This document shows, in pieces, positions 8,652-17,296 of a DNA stretch of 40,588 nucleotides; position 1 is the first letter of the stretch; each line of letters begins with the position of its first letter. Source of the stretch: Candidatus Bathyarchaeota archaeon (GTDB taxonomy: Archaea > Thermoproteota > Bathyarchaeia > 40CM-2-53-6); the NCBI GenBank assembly GCA_005883085.1, contig VBAY01000047.1:1-40588 (forward strand), read 5' to 3'. The translations under genes were made by a program, and so were the position numbers. The notes beneath the pieces are model-generated. The model had not been told where the DNA came from. It did not search any database and was given only the letters and a program-made list of their open reading frames with translations.

Positions 8652-9410
8652 ATGACCGTATCTGAGACGACGAAGAAGGCCCTGAAGCATTTTGGACTGA
8701 CTGAATACGAGGTCAAGGCCTACATTGCTCTCGTGGAGGCCGGGCCAGTGCCCGCCAGCCAACTCAGCACGACAGCAGGGATTCCATATTCTAAGATCTA
8801 CGAAATACTGGGAAATCTTGAGCGAAAGGGTTGGGTGGAGACAGAGCAAGGTAGGCCGAGTAAGTATTTTGCCAAACCTCCGTCCACCGCTCTTGAATCC
8901 TCCAGAGTTCGAATGGAGAATACGCTCAAGTCAAGCCAGAGCGATGCGCTGACCGAACTGCAACCTCTTTACGAGAAGAAAGAGGTCCAAGAGAGACCAG
9001 ACATATGGATCGTAAGGGGACAGAACAATATTCTAGACAGGATCAAAGAGACTCTGGGGAGAACGAGGAGGGAACTGCTGGTTGCCATGCCCGTACTTCC
9101 GGACTCACTGATTTCAGTGGCCGCCCCATTGCTCTCCAACATGAACAGTAGGGGGATAAAGGTCTCAATAATGGTTCCAAGTGTTACCGCCAAAGAGGCG
9201 ATCAGGAGGCTGAAGGGCTTGGCGGAGGTCCGAGTTCGAGAGCAAATGTTCGGTGGAGGGATGATCTCAGACAGCAACCAGATAATTATTCTTCTAGGAG
9301 AAGAACCTGAAAAGGGGCTCACCCTAGCGATATCCTCGGAACATGTGGGACTCGTGAAGTTCGGAAAAATATACTTCGAATTTCTTTGGGAGAACTCCAG
9401 GCTTGCTTAA
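8652..9410 (+). CDS. trmB: TrmB-family transcriptional regulator
   Basis: FGLTEYEVKAYIAL...IPYSKIYEILGNLERKGWV...GRPSKYFAKPP winged-HTH signature plus a C-terminal effector domain. Confidence 0.92.
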   Translation: MTVSETTKKALKHFGLTEYEVKAYIALVEAGPVPASQLSTTAGIPYSKIYEILGNLERKGWVETEQGRPSKYFAKPPSTALESSRVRMENTLKSSQSDALTELQPLYEKKEVQERPDIWIVRGQNNILDRIKETLGRTRRELLVAMPVLPDSLISVAAPLLSNMNSRGIKVSIMVPSVTAKEAIRRLKGLAEVRVREQMFGGGMISDSNQIIILLGEEPEKGLTLAISSEHVGLVKFGKIYFEFLWENSRLA

Positions 9411-9462
9411 GCTGTGGACCGGACAAAAGGTAAAAGACCATGAGGAAGTAGCCACGGGCGAT

Positions 9463-9630
9463 GCTCCGGTGGTGTAGCCCGGTTTAGCATAGCGGCCTTA
9501 GCCCAAGAACGAAGGATGGGCGGCGAATCGAGCTCTGGCCGGGTGGCGGCGGAGAATCGAGAACTCCAGAGCCGTTGATCGCGGGTTCAAAAGCGGCCAG
9601 GAGCCGCGGAGAATCCCGCCCGGAGCACCA
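9463..9630 (+). tRNA. tRNA-Glu(UUC) with encoded CCA and four predicted BHB/BHL introns (9500-9527 at 34/35; 9531-9556 and 9557-9569 in tandem at 37/38; 9592-9613 at 59/60)
   Basis: Acceptor GCTCCGG/CCGGAGC+ACCA, D-stem GTGT/GCAT, anticodon stem GCGGC/GCCGT, T-stem GCGGG/CCCGC. Removing the introns gives anticodon loop CT-TTC-GA and T-loop TTCAAAT. Confidence 0.85.
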
Positions 9631-9699
9631 CCAACGAGCTACCACAGGGCTTATTTCGAATCTGGATCCTCAAAACGGCATAGCGCCTCGACAATACGG

Positions 9700-9816
9700 G
9701 CGGGGGTACCATAGCCAGGTCAAATGGGCAGTGGACCTGGATGAGAGCGGGTCCGCCTATGGCTTAGGACCCTGTGGCGAAGGCCTTCGTGGGTTCGAAT
9801 CCCACCCCCCGCACCA
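9700..9816 (+). tRNA. tRNA-Leu(UAG) with a non-canonical 29-nt intron at 29/30 (9732-9760) and encoded CCA
   Basis: Acceptor GCGGGGG/CCCCCGC+ACCA, spliced anticodon arm CAGGG-CTTAGGA-CCCTG, long variable arm, TTCGAAT. Splice motif: helix GGGC/GCCT, bulges AG|T and AT|G, intron stem GGACCTG/CGGGTCC. Confidence 0.92.
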
Positions 9817-10117
9817 GATTCAAAGTTTCTTTCTGATTACAAAGAGGATGTTTCATCAATCGGGTCTGACATGAATTTACGCGAGGGTTGCAATAGAAGA
9901 CAGGCTTCTCAAACTGACTGCCAATTCAAAAGGATTCATTGAATATTCACATAACTTACAAGAGACGATTATTCAACCGACCGCGTGAAATACGACCGGG
10001 CGCCAGGTCTTTGCGGAAGCCAGCAGATCGCACTATCGGCAATCCAGAGAGCGGCGGCCGCCGAAGAGCATTTCTATAACGGGCTACGCCCTGCTACTAT
10101 CAGAGCGGCCTCTCGTA

Positions 10118-11041
10118 ATGCAGCAACGAAAAATCTTCTTCCTCGTCCTTTTGTTACTAACCCTTTTCCCGGTCACCGTTGTTGCCGAGTCAAGGGCAGC
10201 TCCCGTAGACGTGACTGTGACCGCGACGGGGGCAACCTTGAACATGCACCTCTTGCTAATGGAGAATCTCACTTCGCTGCCAAAAATCAGCTTGTACCTG
10301 GGATCCACAAATTCTACAACCATCGCCGGACCAATCGCTAAGGGTATTCAGAAACTACTGCCAGATGCAAGGGTCACGAGCATTGAGCTGCACGCTAAAA
10401 CCCTGAACGCCACCGGAAGATGGGTCCTCCAAGAAAACTACACCATTCAGATCTCAGGCTCAAACGGAGGAACTGGAAGTTTCGTCAGATCAGACCTCAG
10501 TTATCTATCCATGAATGTCAACGACTCGATTAACATCGCTGGGGCAGAGCTGAACACCGTTGGCGCTGAATACCTCCTCGCGCCTCTTAACGCACAGGAC
10601 CCTTCGCAGACTCGGTATTTTATCGACAATACTGAAACCCTCAACACGGTTATCCCCGCTCTGACAACGAAAGTGTTTGCTCTGCTCGACTTTAGCTGGG
10701 TTCCACAAGTTGCCGCCTGGGATCGCCAGAATGATGTTCTCAAACAGACGACAAAATGGACAATAACCCCATCAAGTCCACGATACAACCTTACACTCGG
10801 TAAACGATCTCCGGAGGGTATCTTAAGGGGAGCCCTAGTAGCAGTTTATGATCCGTCCCTAGAGCTTACAGTCAGCCACAACGCATGGGCTCAGGGAACA
10901 CAGATCGTCTTTAGCCTTCCGAACCCCTTTGACGTGTGGATGCCAGGCATCATAGCAATTCCAATCGTAGTGTGGGCTGTCAGCTTCACCTTGGAGAGGA
11001 ACTTCACAGGACGCGCCCCTTCCAAGAGGAAAAAACGATAG
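10118..11041 (+). CDS. Secreted, C-terminally membrane-anchored hypothetical glycoprotein
   Basis: Signal peptide MQQRKIFFLVLLLLTLFPVTVVA, several N-x-S/T sequons, C-terminal hydrophobic helix and basic tail SKRKKR; TATAA at ~10075. Confidence 0.8.
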   Translation: MQQRKIFFLVLLLLTLFPVTVVAESRAAPVDVTVTATGATLNMHLLLMENLTSLPKISLYLGSTNSTTIAGPIAKGIQKLLPDARVTSIELHAKTLNATGRWVLQENYTIQISGSNGGTGSFVRSDLSYLSMNVNDSINIAGAELNTVGAEYLLAPLNAQDPSQTRYFIDNTETLNTVIPALTTKVFALLDFSWVPQVAAWDRQNDVLKQTTKWTITPSSPRYNLTLGKRSPEGILRGALVAVYDPSLELTVSHNAWAQGTQIVFSLPNPFDVWMPGIIAIPIVVWAVSFTLERNFTGRAPSKRKKR

Positions 11042-11249
11042 ACGCCACACCATAGCCTATCTTTCCATGATCCCACGGCTCCGACGCGCAGCTCCCAGTT
11101 AGTAGTAGGAAAAAGGGCCTTGGTTATTGTCAGCCCAGCTCAGGCTCGCATCCATCTTAGATCTAACGGGTGTCGTCTGAGTATTCGGACATCAGAGGAC
11201 TCGATAGCGATTGGAAAGTACGCAGACTCTGGGTTTGAAGGGTTAACGT

Positions 11250-12290
11250 TCAGGTGTAGAGGTGACAGGCCACGAAGTGGTCCTTTTCGAGTTCGACTAG
11301 AGCAGGCTCCTCTTTCACGCATCTCTCGTGGGCGTAGGGACATCTAGTGTGGAACCTACAGCCTGTTGGAGGGTCAATTGGACTAGGAATTTCGCCACTG
11401 ATAACGTCGGTTGCGCGCTTGGATTCAGGGTCGGGAAGAGGTACAGCATCGATCAAGGCTTGTGTATACGGGTGAAGAGGTCGGTCAACAACCTCGGCAG
11501 CTGAGCTCATTTCCATCATCTTGCCGAGATATAGGACGGCAATGCGATCCGAGATGTGCTTCGCCAGGGCAATGTCGTGGGTGATGAAGAGAATCGAAGC
11601 CGAAGTTTTTCTTACGAGCTCGGCCATGAGCATGATGATTTCAGCCCTGATGGATACATCGAGCATGGAAACGGGCTCGTCCGCGACGACGAAGCTTGGG
11701 TTGAGAATGAAGGCTCTGGCCACCGCCACCCTCTGTCGCTGACCGCCGCTCAGTTCGTGAGGGAAGCGGTACATGAACTCCTCAGGTGGGACGAGTTGCA
11801 CTTCAACAAGCATCTTTTTCACCCACTCCTCCAGTTCGGCTTCTCCCTTGGCCATATGTTGGACTCTTAGCGGCTCGGCGATAATCTCTTTGATGATCAT
11901 TCGGGGGTTCAAGGACTCAAAAGGGTCCTGGAAGACGATCTGCATCTCACGTCGAAGTGGCTTGAGCTCTTTGTCTCCGAGTTGAGTAATGTCCCTACCC
12001 TGGAATAATATGCTACCACTGGACGGGCGCACGAGGCGAAGAACTACTTTGCCTAAGGTTGTCTTTCCGCTTCCGCTCTCTCCCGCCAGAGCCAAGATTT
12101 CGCCTTTCTTGAGAGTGAAGCTTACCCCGTCTACCGCCTTCACGTTTAGTTCACCTCTCGAAAGTAGGGTCTCAAAGAAACCTCTACGGAGCGGGTACCA
12201 CTTTCTCAGATTCTCCACGCGGAGAATCTCTTCAAGCCCGGCACCTTCAGGAACTGGCGGGCTTTCCTGACCAGCGGTTTGCGATTCCAT
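11250..12290 (-). CDS. dppF: Oligopeptide/dipeptide ABC transporter ATP-binding subunit
   Basis: GESGSGKTT, LSGGQRQR, VVADEPVSMLD, C-terminal HPYT...CRFHTRCP...ACHL domain. Confidence 0.93.
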   Translation of the reverse strand: MESQTAGQESPPVPEGAGLEEILRVENLRKWYPLRRGFFETLLSRGELNVKAVDGVSFTLKKGEILALAGESGSGKTTLGKVVLRLVRPSSGSILFQGRDITQLGDKELKPLRREMQIVFQDPFESLNPRMIIKEIIAEPLRVQHMAKGEAELEEWVKKMLVEVQLVPPEEFMYRFPHELSGGQRQRVAVARAFILNPSFVVADEPVSMLDVSIRAEIIMLMAELVRKTSASILFITHDIALAKHISDRIAVLYLGKMMEMSSAAEVVDRPLHPYTQALIDAVPLPDPESKRATDVISGEIPSPIDPPTGCRFHTRCPYAHERCVKEEPALVELEKDHFVACHLYT

Positions 12291-12303
12291 CTTGAACCTC
12301 TCT

Positions 12304-13260
12304 TTAATATAGATGGCATGCGGCCCGGTGCAGTTTCTCTCCGTGCTCGAGGAGAAGAGGTTCTTCTATCTTGCATACGTCCATGATATAGGGGCATCTA
12401 GGATGAAATCTGCAAGCAGAGGGGGGATTGAGCAGATCGGGAGGCTGACCGGGTATTGAGGTAAGACGGACCTTCGGCCCCTTGATGCTCGGAAAGGCCT
12501 TGATCAGACCCTGAGTGTATGGATGAAGAGGATTCTTGAAGACAGAAACTGCGTCTCCGTATTCCACTATTTTTCCGGCATACATTATCGCAACCTTCTC
12601 ACACGTCTCTGCGATTATTGATAGGTCGTGACTGATGAGAATCATCGACAGCCCGAGCTTGTCCTTGAGCTCTTTCAGGAGTTTCAGGGTTTGGGCAGCC
12701 ACTATGACGTCGAGTGCTGTTCCCGGCTCGTCGCCTATGAGCAGGGTAGGATTCACCGCCAGAGCCATTGCGATCAGGGCTCGTTGTCTCATTCCTCCGC
12801 TATACTCATGTGGGTAGTTATCGGCACGCGACGGCTCGATCCCCACAGTCTCCAATAATTTCGCAACCCGATCCTTGACATCTGAACCAGAAACATCTTT
12901 CTCGTGTGTCTTGATTGCCTCAGCGATCTGTTCGCCCACCTTGATGACGGGGTTGAGGGCGTTCATAGCTCCTTGGAAGACTATTGAAATCCCCTTCCAG
13001 CGTATCTTTCTCATCTCCTCCTCTGAAAGAGGTACAAGATCTCGCCCTTCGAAGAGGATCTTGCCCTTTCGAATCACGCCTCCTTGAGGCAGGATCTTGA
13101 GAAGCGATAGAGCCACGGTACTTTTGCCGCAACCCGATTCCCCGGCAATGCCCAGGGCCTCACCCTCAGCGACGTCGAAGCTGACGTTCTCGGCGGCCTT
13201 GACCCAGCCCCGCATTGTGCGGTAGTGAGTGGTAAGGCCTTGAACTTGCAGAACTGGCAT
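12304..13260 (-). CDS. dppD: Oligopeptide/dipeptide ABC transporter ATP-binding subunit
   Basis: GESGCGKST, YSGGMRQR, IGDEPGTALD, HPYT...CRFHPRCP...ACHL. Confidence 0.93.
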   Translation of the reverse strand: MPVLQVQGLTTHYRTMRGWVKAAENVSFDVAEGEALGIAGESGCGKSTVALSLLKILPQGGVIRKGKILFEGRDLVPLSEEEMRKIRWKGISIVFQGAMNALNPVIKVGEQIAEAIKTHEKDVSGSDVKDRVAKLLETVGIEPSRADNYPHEYSGGMRQRALIAMALAVNPTLLIGDEPGTALDVIVAAQTLKLLKELKDKLGLSMILISHDLSIIAETCEKVAIMYAGKIVEYGDAVSVFKNPLHPYTQGLIKAFPSIKGPKVRLTSIPGQPPDLLNPPSACRFHPRCPYIMDVCKIEEPLLLEHGEKLHRAACHLY

Positions 13261-13327
13261 ATATCGCGAGGCACTTAATTCTCGATGCTCACCCCGTGAA
13301 ATAAGCTTTGGGGCTTTGCGACTTCAT

Positions 13328-13930
13328 CTAAGCAAGTTGGACCGCTTGTTCCGAGTCGTAAAGAACAAACCCTGTCACTGGATCGAGAAAGGTTGACACG
13401 TCTACCGTGAGAGAACAATGGGCAATCAACGGATAGTTTGTTGCGTTGAAATCGGCTAATTGAGCGGCTTGTTCGGGCGGGGGGATTACCAGCACATCAC
13501 CGCTCATCTGCGAGTGTGGAGGTAGAGGTTTGTTGATAGACTGGGAGCCTGTGAGGGGATAGATTGTGAAAAGCGTTGTATTGGAGGATGACACTGAAGA
13601 TGAAAAATGGATCTTGAGGTCAAACAGCTTCACCGTAAAGCCCGAGTAGTCAGTTGGATTGTCCACGATGATATGTGAAACAATCGACGTCTGGTTTGAC
13701 ACTGCATCGCGCCGATAGACGACGCTTGAGATTTGTTGGTCGATACTGCCGAGAGACGGATAGTAATTCAAATAGTTCGCAGATGCAACAGAAATATAGA
13801 CGACCGAGACCATGCTGAGAATTGTGAATACTAAGACCAAGACTCGTCTGAAACTCCAACGAGGCCTCGCGATAGGTATCCTGAGCCCCGCTTTCTGAGG
13901 AGAAATAGAATTGGTGAAGTGTACAGCCAT
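13328..13930 (-). CDS. Single-pass membrane protein with extracellular beta-sandwich (LEA-2/WHy-like) domain; start uncertain
   Basis: Basic stretch then TM (RRVLVLVFTILSMVSVVYISVAS), IIVDNPTDY motif, sequons NQT, NTT, NAT. The longer 14152 start is rejected because it overlaps the opposite-strand membrane gene. Confidence 0.6.
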   Translation of the reverse strand: MAVHFTNSISPQKAGLRIPIARPRWSFRRVLVLVFTILSMVSVVYISVASANYLNYYPSLGSIDQQISSVVYRRDAVSNQTSIVSHIIVDNPTDYSGFTVKLFDLKIHFSSSVSSSNTTLFTIYPLTGSQSINKPLPPHSQMSGDVLVIPPPEQAAQLADFNATNYPLIAHCSLTVDVSTFLDPVTGFVLYDSEQAVQLA

Positions 13931-14378
13931 ACGACTTGGAGGACTTAGGACAGCACTTGGAACCGTGCTAGTGACACTAGGCTGGGCAACTTCTCTCGCC
14001 GCCATCACCTTGGTAGGCGTATTCAATGGGTTGCTACTCCCAAGGGAATTGGGGGGCCTTCTCCCGGAAGTATTAGGAGGCAGCCAATGGGCGCGATGGA
14101 TCCTATACTTAGCAATGCTCGGGACATCTATCCTCGCCGCGTTACTCATCAATAACCCCGGGATTGCATTTGGATCGTACTTTGTGTCCTACTGTGTTGC
14201 CGGAGCAATTACGTACTTGGTACTCATCCTTCCAGAACTCCTAGGCGCTTACGGTAGTCCCGGGGTTCTAGTGGAGGCGTCGATCAGATTCACTTTCGTA
14301 GCTCTCTTTCCGTTTCCCCTAATTGCGGGTCTTGTGGGGACGATCTTGGGGTCGGCACTCGGAGAGATGCACGGATAG
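13911..14378 (+). CDS. Hypothetical multi-pass membrane protein (about 4 TM), antisense to the transporter operon
   Basis: Four long hydrophobic segments; ends just before the dppC stop (convergent). Confidence 0.6.
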   Translation: MVKCTAIRLGGLRTALGTVLVTLGWATSLAAITLVGVFNGLLLPRELGGLLPEVLGGSQWARWILYLAMLGTSILAALLINNPGIAFGSYFVSYCVAGAITYLVLILPELLGAYGSPGVLVEASIRFTFVALFPFPLIAGLVGTILGSALGEMHG

Positions 14379-14386
14379 TGCACTGA

Positions 14387-15889
14387 CTAGCGCCGGCTTC
14401 GAAGCTTCGGATTGAAAATCTCGTCGAGAGCGTAGCCGATCAGAATGAACGAAAGGGAGATGGCTGCTATGAGGATTCCCGGGGGAATGACCCACCACCA
14501 TGGTGGAGGGTTCAAGCTGAGAGCCCCGGAATGGTTCACGTCCTGGAAAATGTGTCCCCACGAGACTATCGATGCGTCCGAGAGTCCCAGAAAGGCCAAA
14601 GCGGCTTCTGACAAGATCGCGGCCGGAACAGACAAGGCGAGGTTGACGTATGTCAGGGAGACGATGTTTGGAAAGATGTGGCGCGACATTATTCGTAAGG
14701 GTCCGGCTCCTGCGGCTTTCGCAGCTTCAATATACGGTCGTTCTCTTAGGGTCAGTACCTGAGAGCGAATGACCCTAGCGAACCCCATCCATCCGAGAAA
14801 GCCTATGATGATTATCACGTTCCAAATGTTAGTTCCGAGGACCTCGACCAGAACTATCAGAAGGGGGAGCGATGGAATGACGAGCATCATGTCAGTGAAA
14901 CGCATCAAGACCTCATCCACGAACCTTCCGAGAAACCCTGCCATCAGACCTATCAAGAGACCTAGACTGATTCCGATCCCAGCAGCCAGGAGGCCCACCA
15001 GTAGCGAGATCCGAGACCCGTAAATGTTCTTGGACAGGAGATCGTTTCCTGCGTTGTCAGTACCAAGCAAGCCGAACGCTGTTCCATAGAGCTTTAGTTG
15101 CAAACTGTCGATGTTGACTTTCGCAGGCCCGTTGAAGGTCAATTCAATTCCATAGGAGTAGGACTGGATGCTGGAGAAAATAATGGTTGCCGGGTCGAAA
15201 CGCGAATTTTGCGTACCGAGGATCGTCTTTACGGGGACATTATTCCAAGAATCTGCGGTGGAATCCAGCGCGGTTGCACCACCCTGAGGAAGCCACTGTC
15301 CGTTGAACGTCATGTCCTGATCTATCAGATTGAATACCTGATCGCCTATCCTATCGATGAAAACCCTTACGTGAACTGGGCTGGCCTGAGATGCTCCTGA
15401 GATGAGCACTGCGAAGCTTGCGATGAACTTCTTAGGAGGACCATGGTAGGGGAACTGGAAGCTCTGGCTCAGTTTCACGGTTCCCGGAGACGCTCCAGAA
15501 TAAGCTAACTGAATACTTCCTTGAGAGGGTATGGATGAAAACACACCTGGCGCGTAAGACATTTGCACATTGCTAATTGTTGAGCTAGACGCGGTAAAAG
15601 CCCACGCTTGAACGGAAGCTGGCGAGCTGAGCAGTGGATCATTCACCACGACTACATTCTTGCTGAGGTAGTAGCCATCTGGAAAGTTCATGACCCACTC
15701 AGGTTGAGCTAGTGACCCGGAAACTATGTCGGACGTGCTATAAGGAGACAGCAGAGGTGCGGCGAGAGCCGTGGAAGAAAAAAGAATGAGTAGAATCATC
15801 CCTATGAGGGCCATCCTGTTTCTCACCAGAAGTCTGAGGAGGCCCCCCGCCCGTTTGAGCTGAAAGCGCGTCCCCGCCTTCGTAACCAT
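14387..15889 (-). CDS. dppC: Peptide ABC transporter permease DppC/OppC with a large extracytoplasmic insertion
   Basis: OppC_N region (RNRMALIGMILL...AAPLLSPY), LGTDNAGNDL...YGSRISLLVG, EAA motif YIEAAKAAGAG...HIFPN, GYALDEIFNPK. Confidence 0.92.
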   Translation of the reverse strand: MVTKAGTRFQLKRAGGLLRLLVRNRMALIGMILLILFSSTALAAPLLSPYSTSDIVSGSLAQPEWVMNFPDGYYLSKNVVVVNDPLLSSPASVQAWAFTASSSTISNVQMSYAPGVFSSIPSQGSIQLAYSGASPGTVKLSQSFQFPYHGPPKKFIASFAVLISGASQASPVHVRVFIDRIGDQVFNLIDQDMTFNGQWLPQGGATALDSTADSWNNVPVKTILGTQNSRFDPATIIFSSIQSYSYGIELTFNGPAKVNIDSLQLKLYGTAFGLLGTDNAGNDLLSKNIYGSRISLLVGLLAAGIGISLGLLIGLMAGFLGRFVDEVLMRFTDMMLVIPSLPLLIVLVEVLGTNIWNVIIIIGFLGWMGFARVIRSQVLTLRERPYIEAAKAAGAGPLRIMSRHIFPNIVSLTYVNLALSVPAAILSEAALAFLGLSDASIVSWGHIFQDVNHSGALSLNPPPWWWVIPPGILIAAISLSFILIGYALDEIFNPKLRSRR

Positions 15890-15917
15890 ATGTTAACCCG
15901 TCCCTTCTCGAAGGGCT

Positions 15918-16711
15918 CTACTCGTACCTGACACGAGGGTCCACAATACCATAGAGAATGTCAGAGACCAAGTTGGCCGCTATGACGCACAGAGCAATTA
16001 TGTAGAACATGGCTTGCATCACCGGAAAATCCTTGTACAGTACCGCAGTGTACAACCACAATCCCAGTCCATCCCAGTTGAAGACTGTCTCGGTGATAAT
16101 TGCTCCTCCGAGTATGGATCCGAAAGAAAGAGCGCTGGCCGTGATCAGAGGGAGAGAGGCATTCTTGAAAGCGCCCAGAGACTAGGAGTAACGCTACCAG
16201 GAGGAAACCAGTGAAACGTCAGAGCAAATGCAAAGATCAAGAGTATGCCCATGAAGAAAGTAGGAAGCGAGAACGTGGTGAGAGACCCTGTGACCATGAG
16301 ATTATCCAACGAGCTGCCACGTCTTCGAGAAACGACGATACCTAGTAGCGTTCCAATGACAATGGAAAGCACGGTTGAGGTTCCCAGCAATAGCAATGTG
16401 TTGAACAACCGGCCCGAAGAAACTATTAGCTCGCTTACCGGGAGGTTATCCTTATACGAATATCCAAACTGGAAAGTTAGCAAGTTCCGAACGTACGTCA
16501 CAAACCTCGTCCAAGGATCACCGGTTAGCCCGTACAAGGCGATCTGCTGATTACGTTGCTCCGTTGACAATCTTGGATTTGCAAGAACGGTATACAAGCT
16601 TCCTTGATACCCAGGCATGGCTTCGAAAATTACGAAGTTCAAGACAATCACAAAGAACACAAGGACGACTGTGTACACGATTCTCTTGGCCAGAAACCCA
16701 CGTAAAGTCAA
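15918..16711 (-). pseudogene. dppB: Peptide ABC transporter permease DppB/OppB, broken by an internal out-of-frame deletion near 16170 (real lesion or assembly error)
   Basis: N-part 16711 to ~16173 (FLAKRIVY...FQFGYSY...NTLLLLG...SLPTFFMG...WFP) and C-part 16172-15918 in another frame (AFKNASLPLIT...GGAIITETVFNWDGLG...DFPVMQA...DILYGIVDPRVRYE*). The HLxLP segment and EAA-loop segment are missing. Confidence 0.85.
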
Positions 16712-16749
16712 AACCTTACAACCCGAAATGAAAATTTGTTTGGCACTTA

Positions 16750-17296
16750 TTTGAGGCTTGCCGTTGGGTTTAGCAGTCGTATCCGCCTAGCGGATAGGCT
16801 GAACCGCAGCCTGCTGTGCTAGCCGGTGTGAGAGTTGCTGAACCCTCGTGCAGTGTTGGTGGGAACGAGGCTATGCCTGTTGGTGGAGTAGTGGGCCAAG
16901 CGAACGGCTGGACCCAGTTGACGCCCACGAATCTCGACACGATGCCGATCTGTGGAACATCAACCTTTGTAGCTGCTCCGTTAACATCACCGCCTATACC
17001 CTGCTGCCAGTGACCGCAGCCCGTAGAGCCACCTGTCACCGCTTGCCCGACACACCGGGCGACAACGCTGAAGTTGATGAAGTCATGTGTGAAGTCGCCG
17101 TTGTTACCAGACCAGGCCCAGAGAGCCAGAGCACCGTTGCTGTGGAAGTACGAGTCGGTCAAAGACGAGCCCGGCGCATGACCTAGACCATACCGCGCCA
17201 GAGTGTAGCTGCCCCCAATATCAGGGTTCTGAGTTCCATCGGCCTTGGAATCGCATCCAACACCTCTAACTCCGGTGGAAGACTGGCACACCCAAG
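16750..17296. repeat. 547-bp direct repeat, copy 1 (3' end of SBP gene plus ~20 bp downstream)
   Basis: Identical by eye to 19693-20239; the antisense shadow ORFs in two other frames are also identical between copies. Confidence 0.9.

Noticed and set aside
9492-9575. Reading the first tRNA as tRNA-Trp(CCA), using CTCCAGA at 9564-9570 as the anticodon loop
   Set aside because: The acceptor stem and D-arm are Glu-type, no BHB supports one intron ending at 9563, and CTCC is explained as the central helix of the 13-nt intron.
9817-10117. Integrated mobile element at the tRNA 3' ends
   Set aside because: No integrase or transposase and no duplicated tRNA 3' end was seen in the window; the short palindromes near 9934-9949 are too weak to call.
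13931-14152. N-terminal extension of the 274-aa minus-strand ORF
   Set aside because: It overlaps the plus-strand membrane gene and reads as antisense sequence; the protein-like part starts near 13930 or later.
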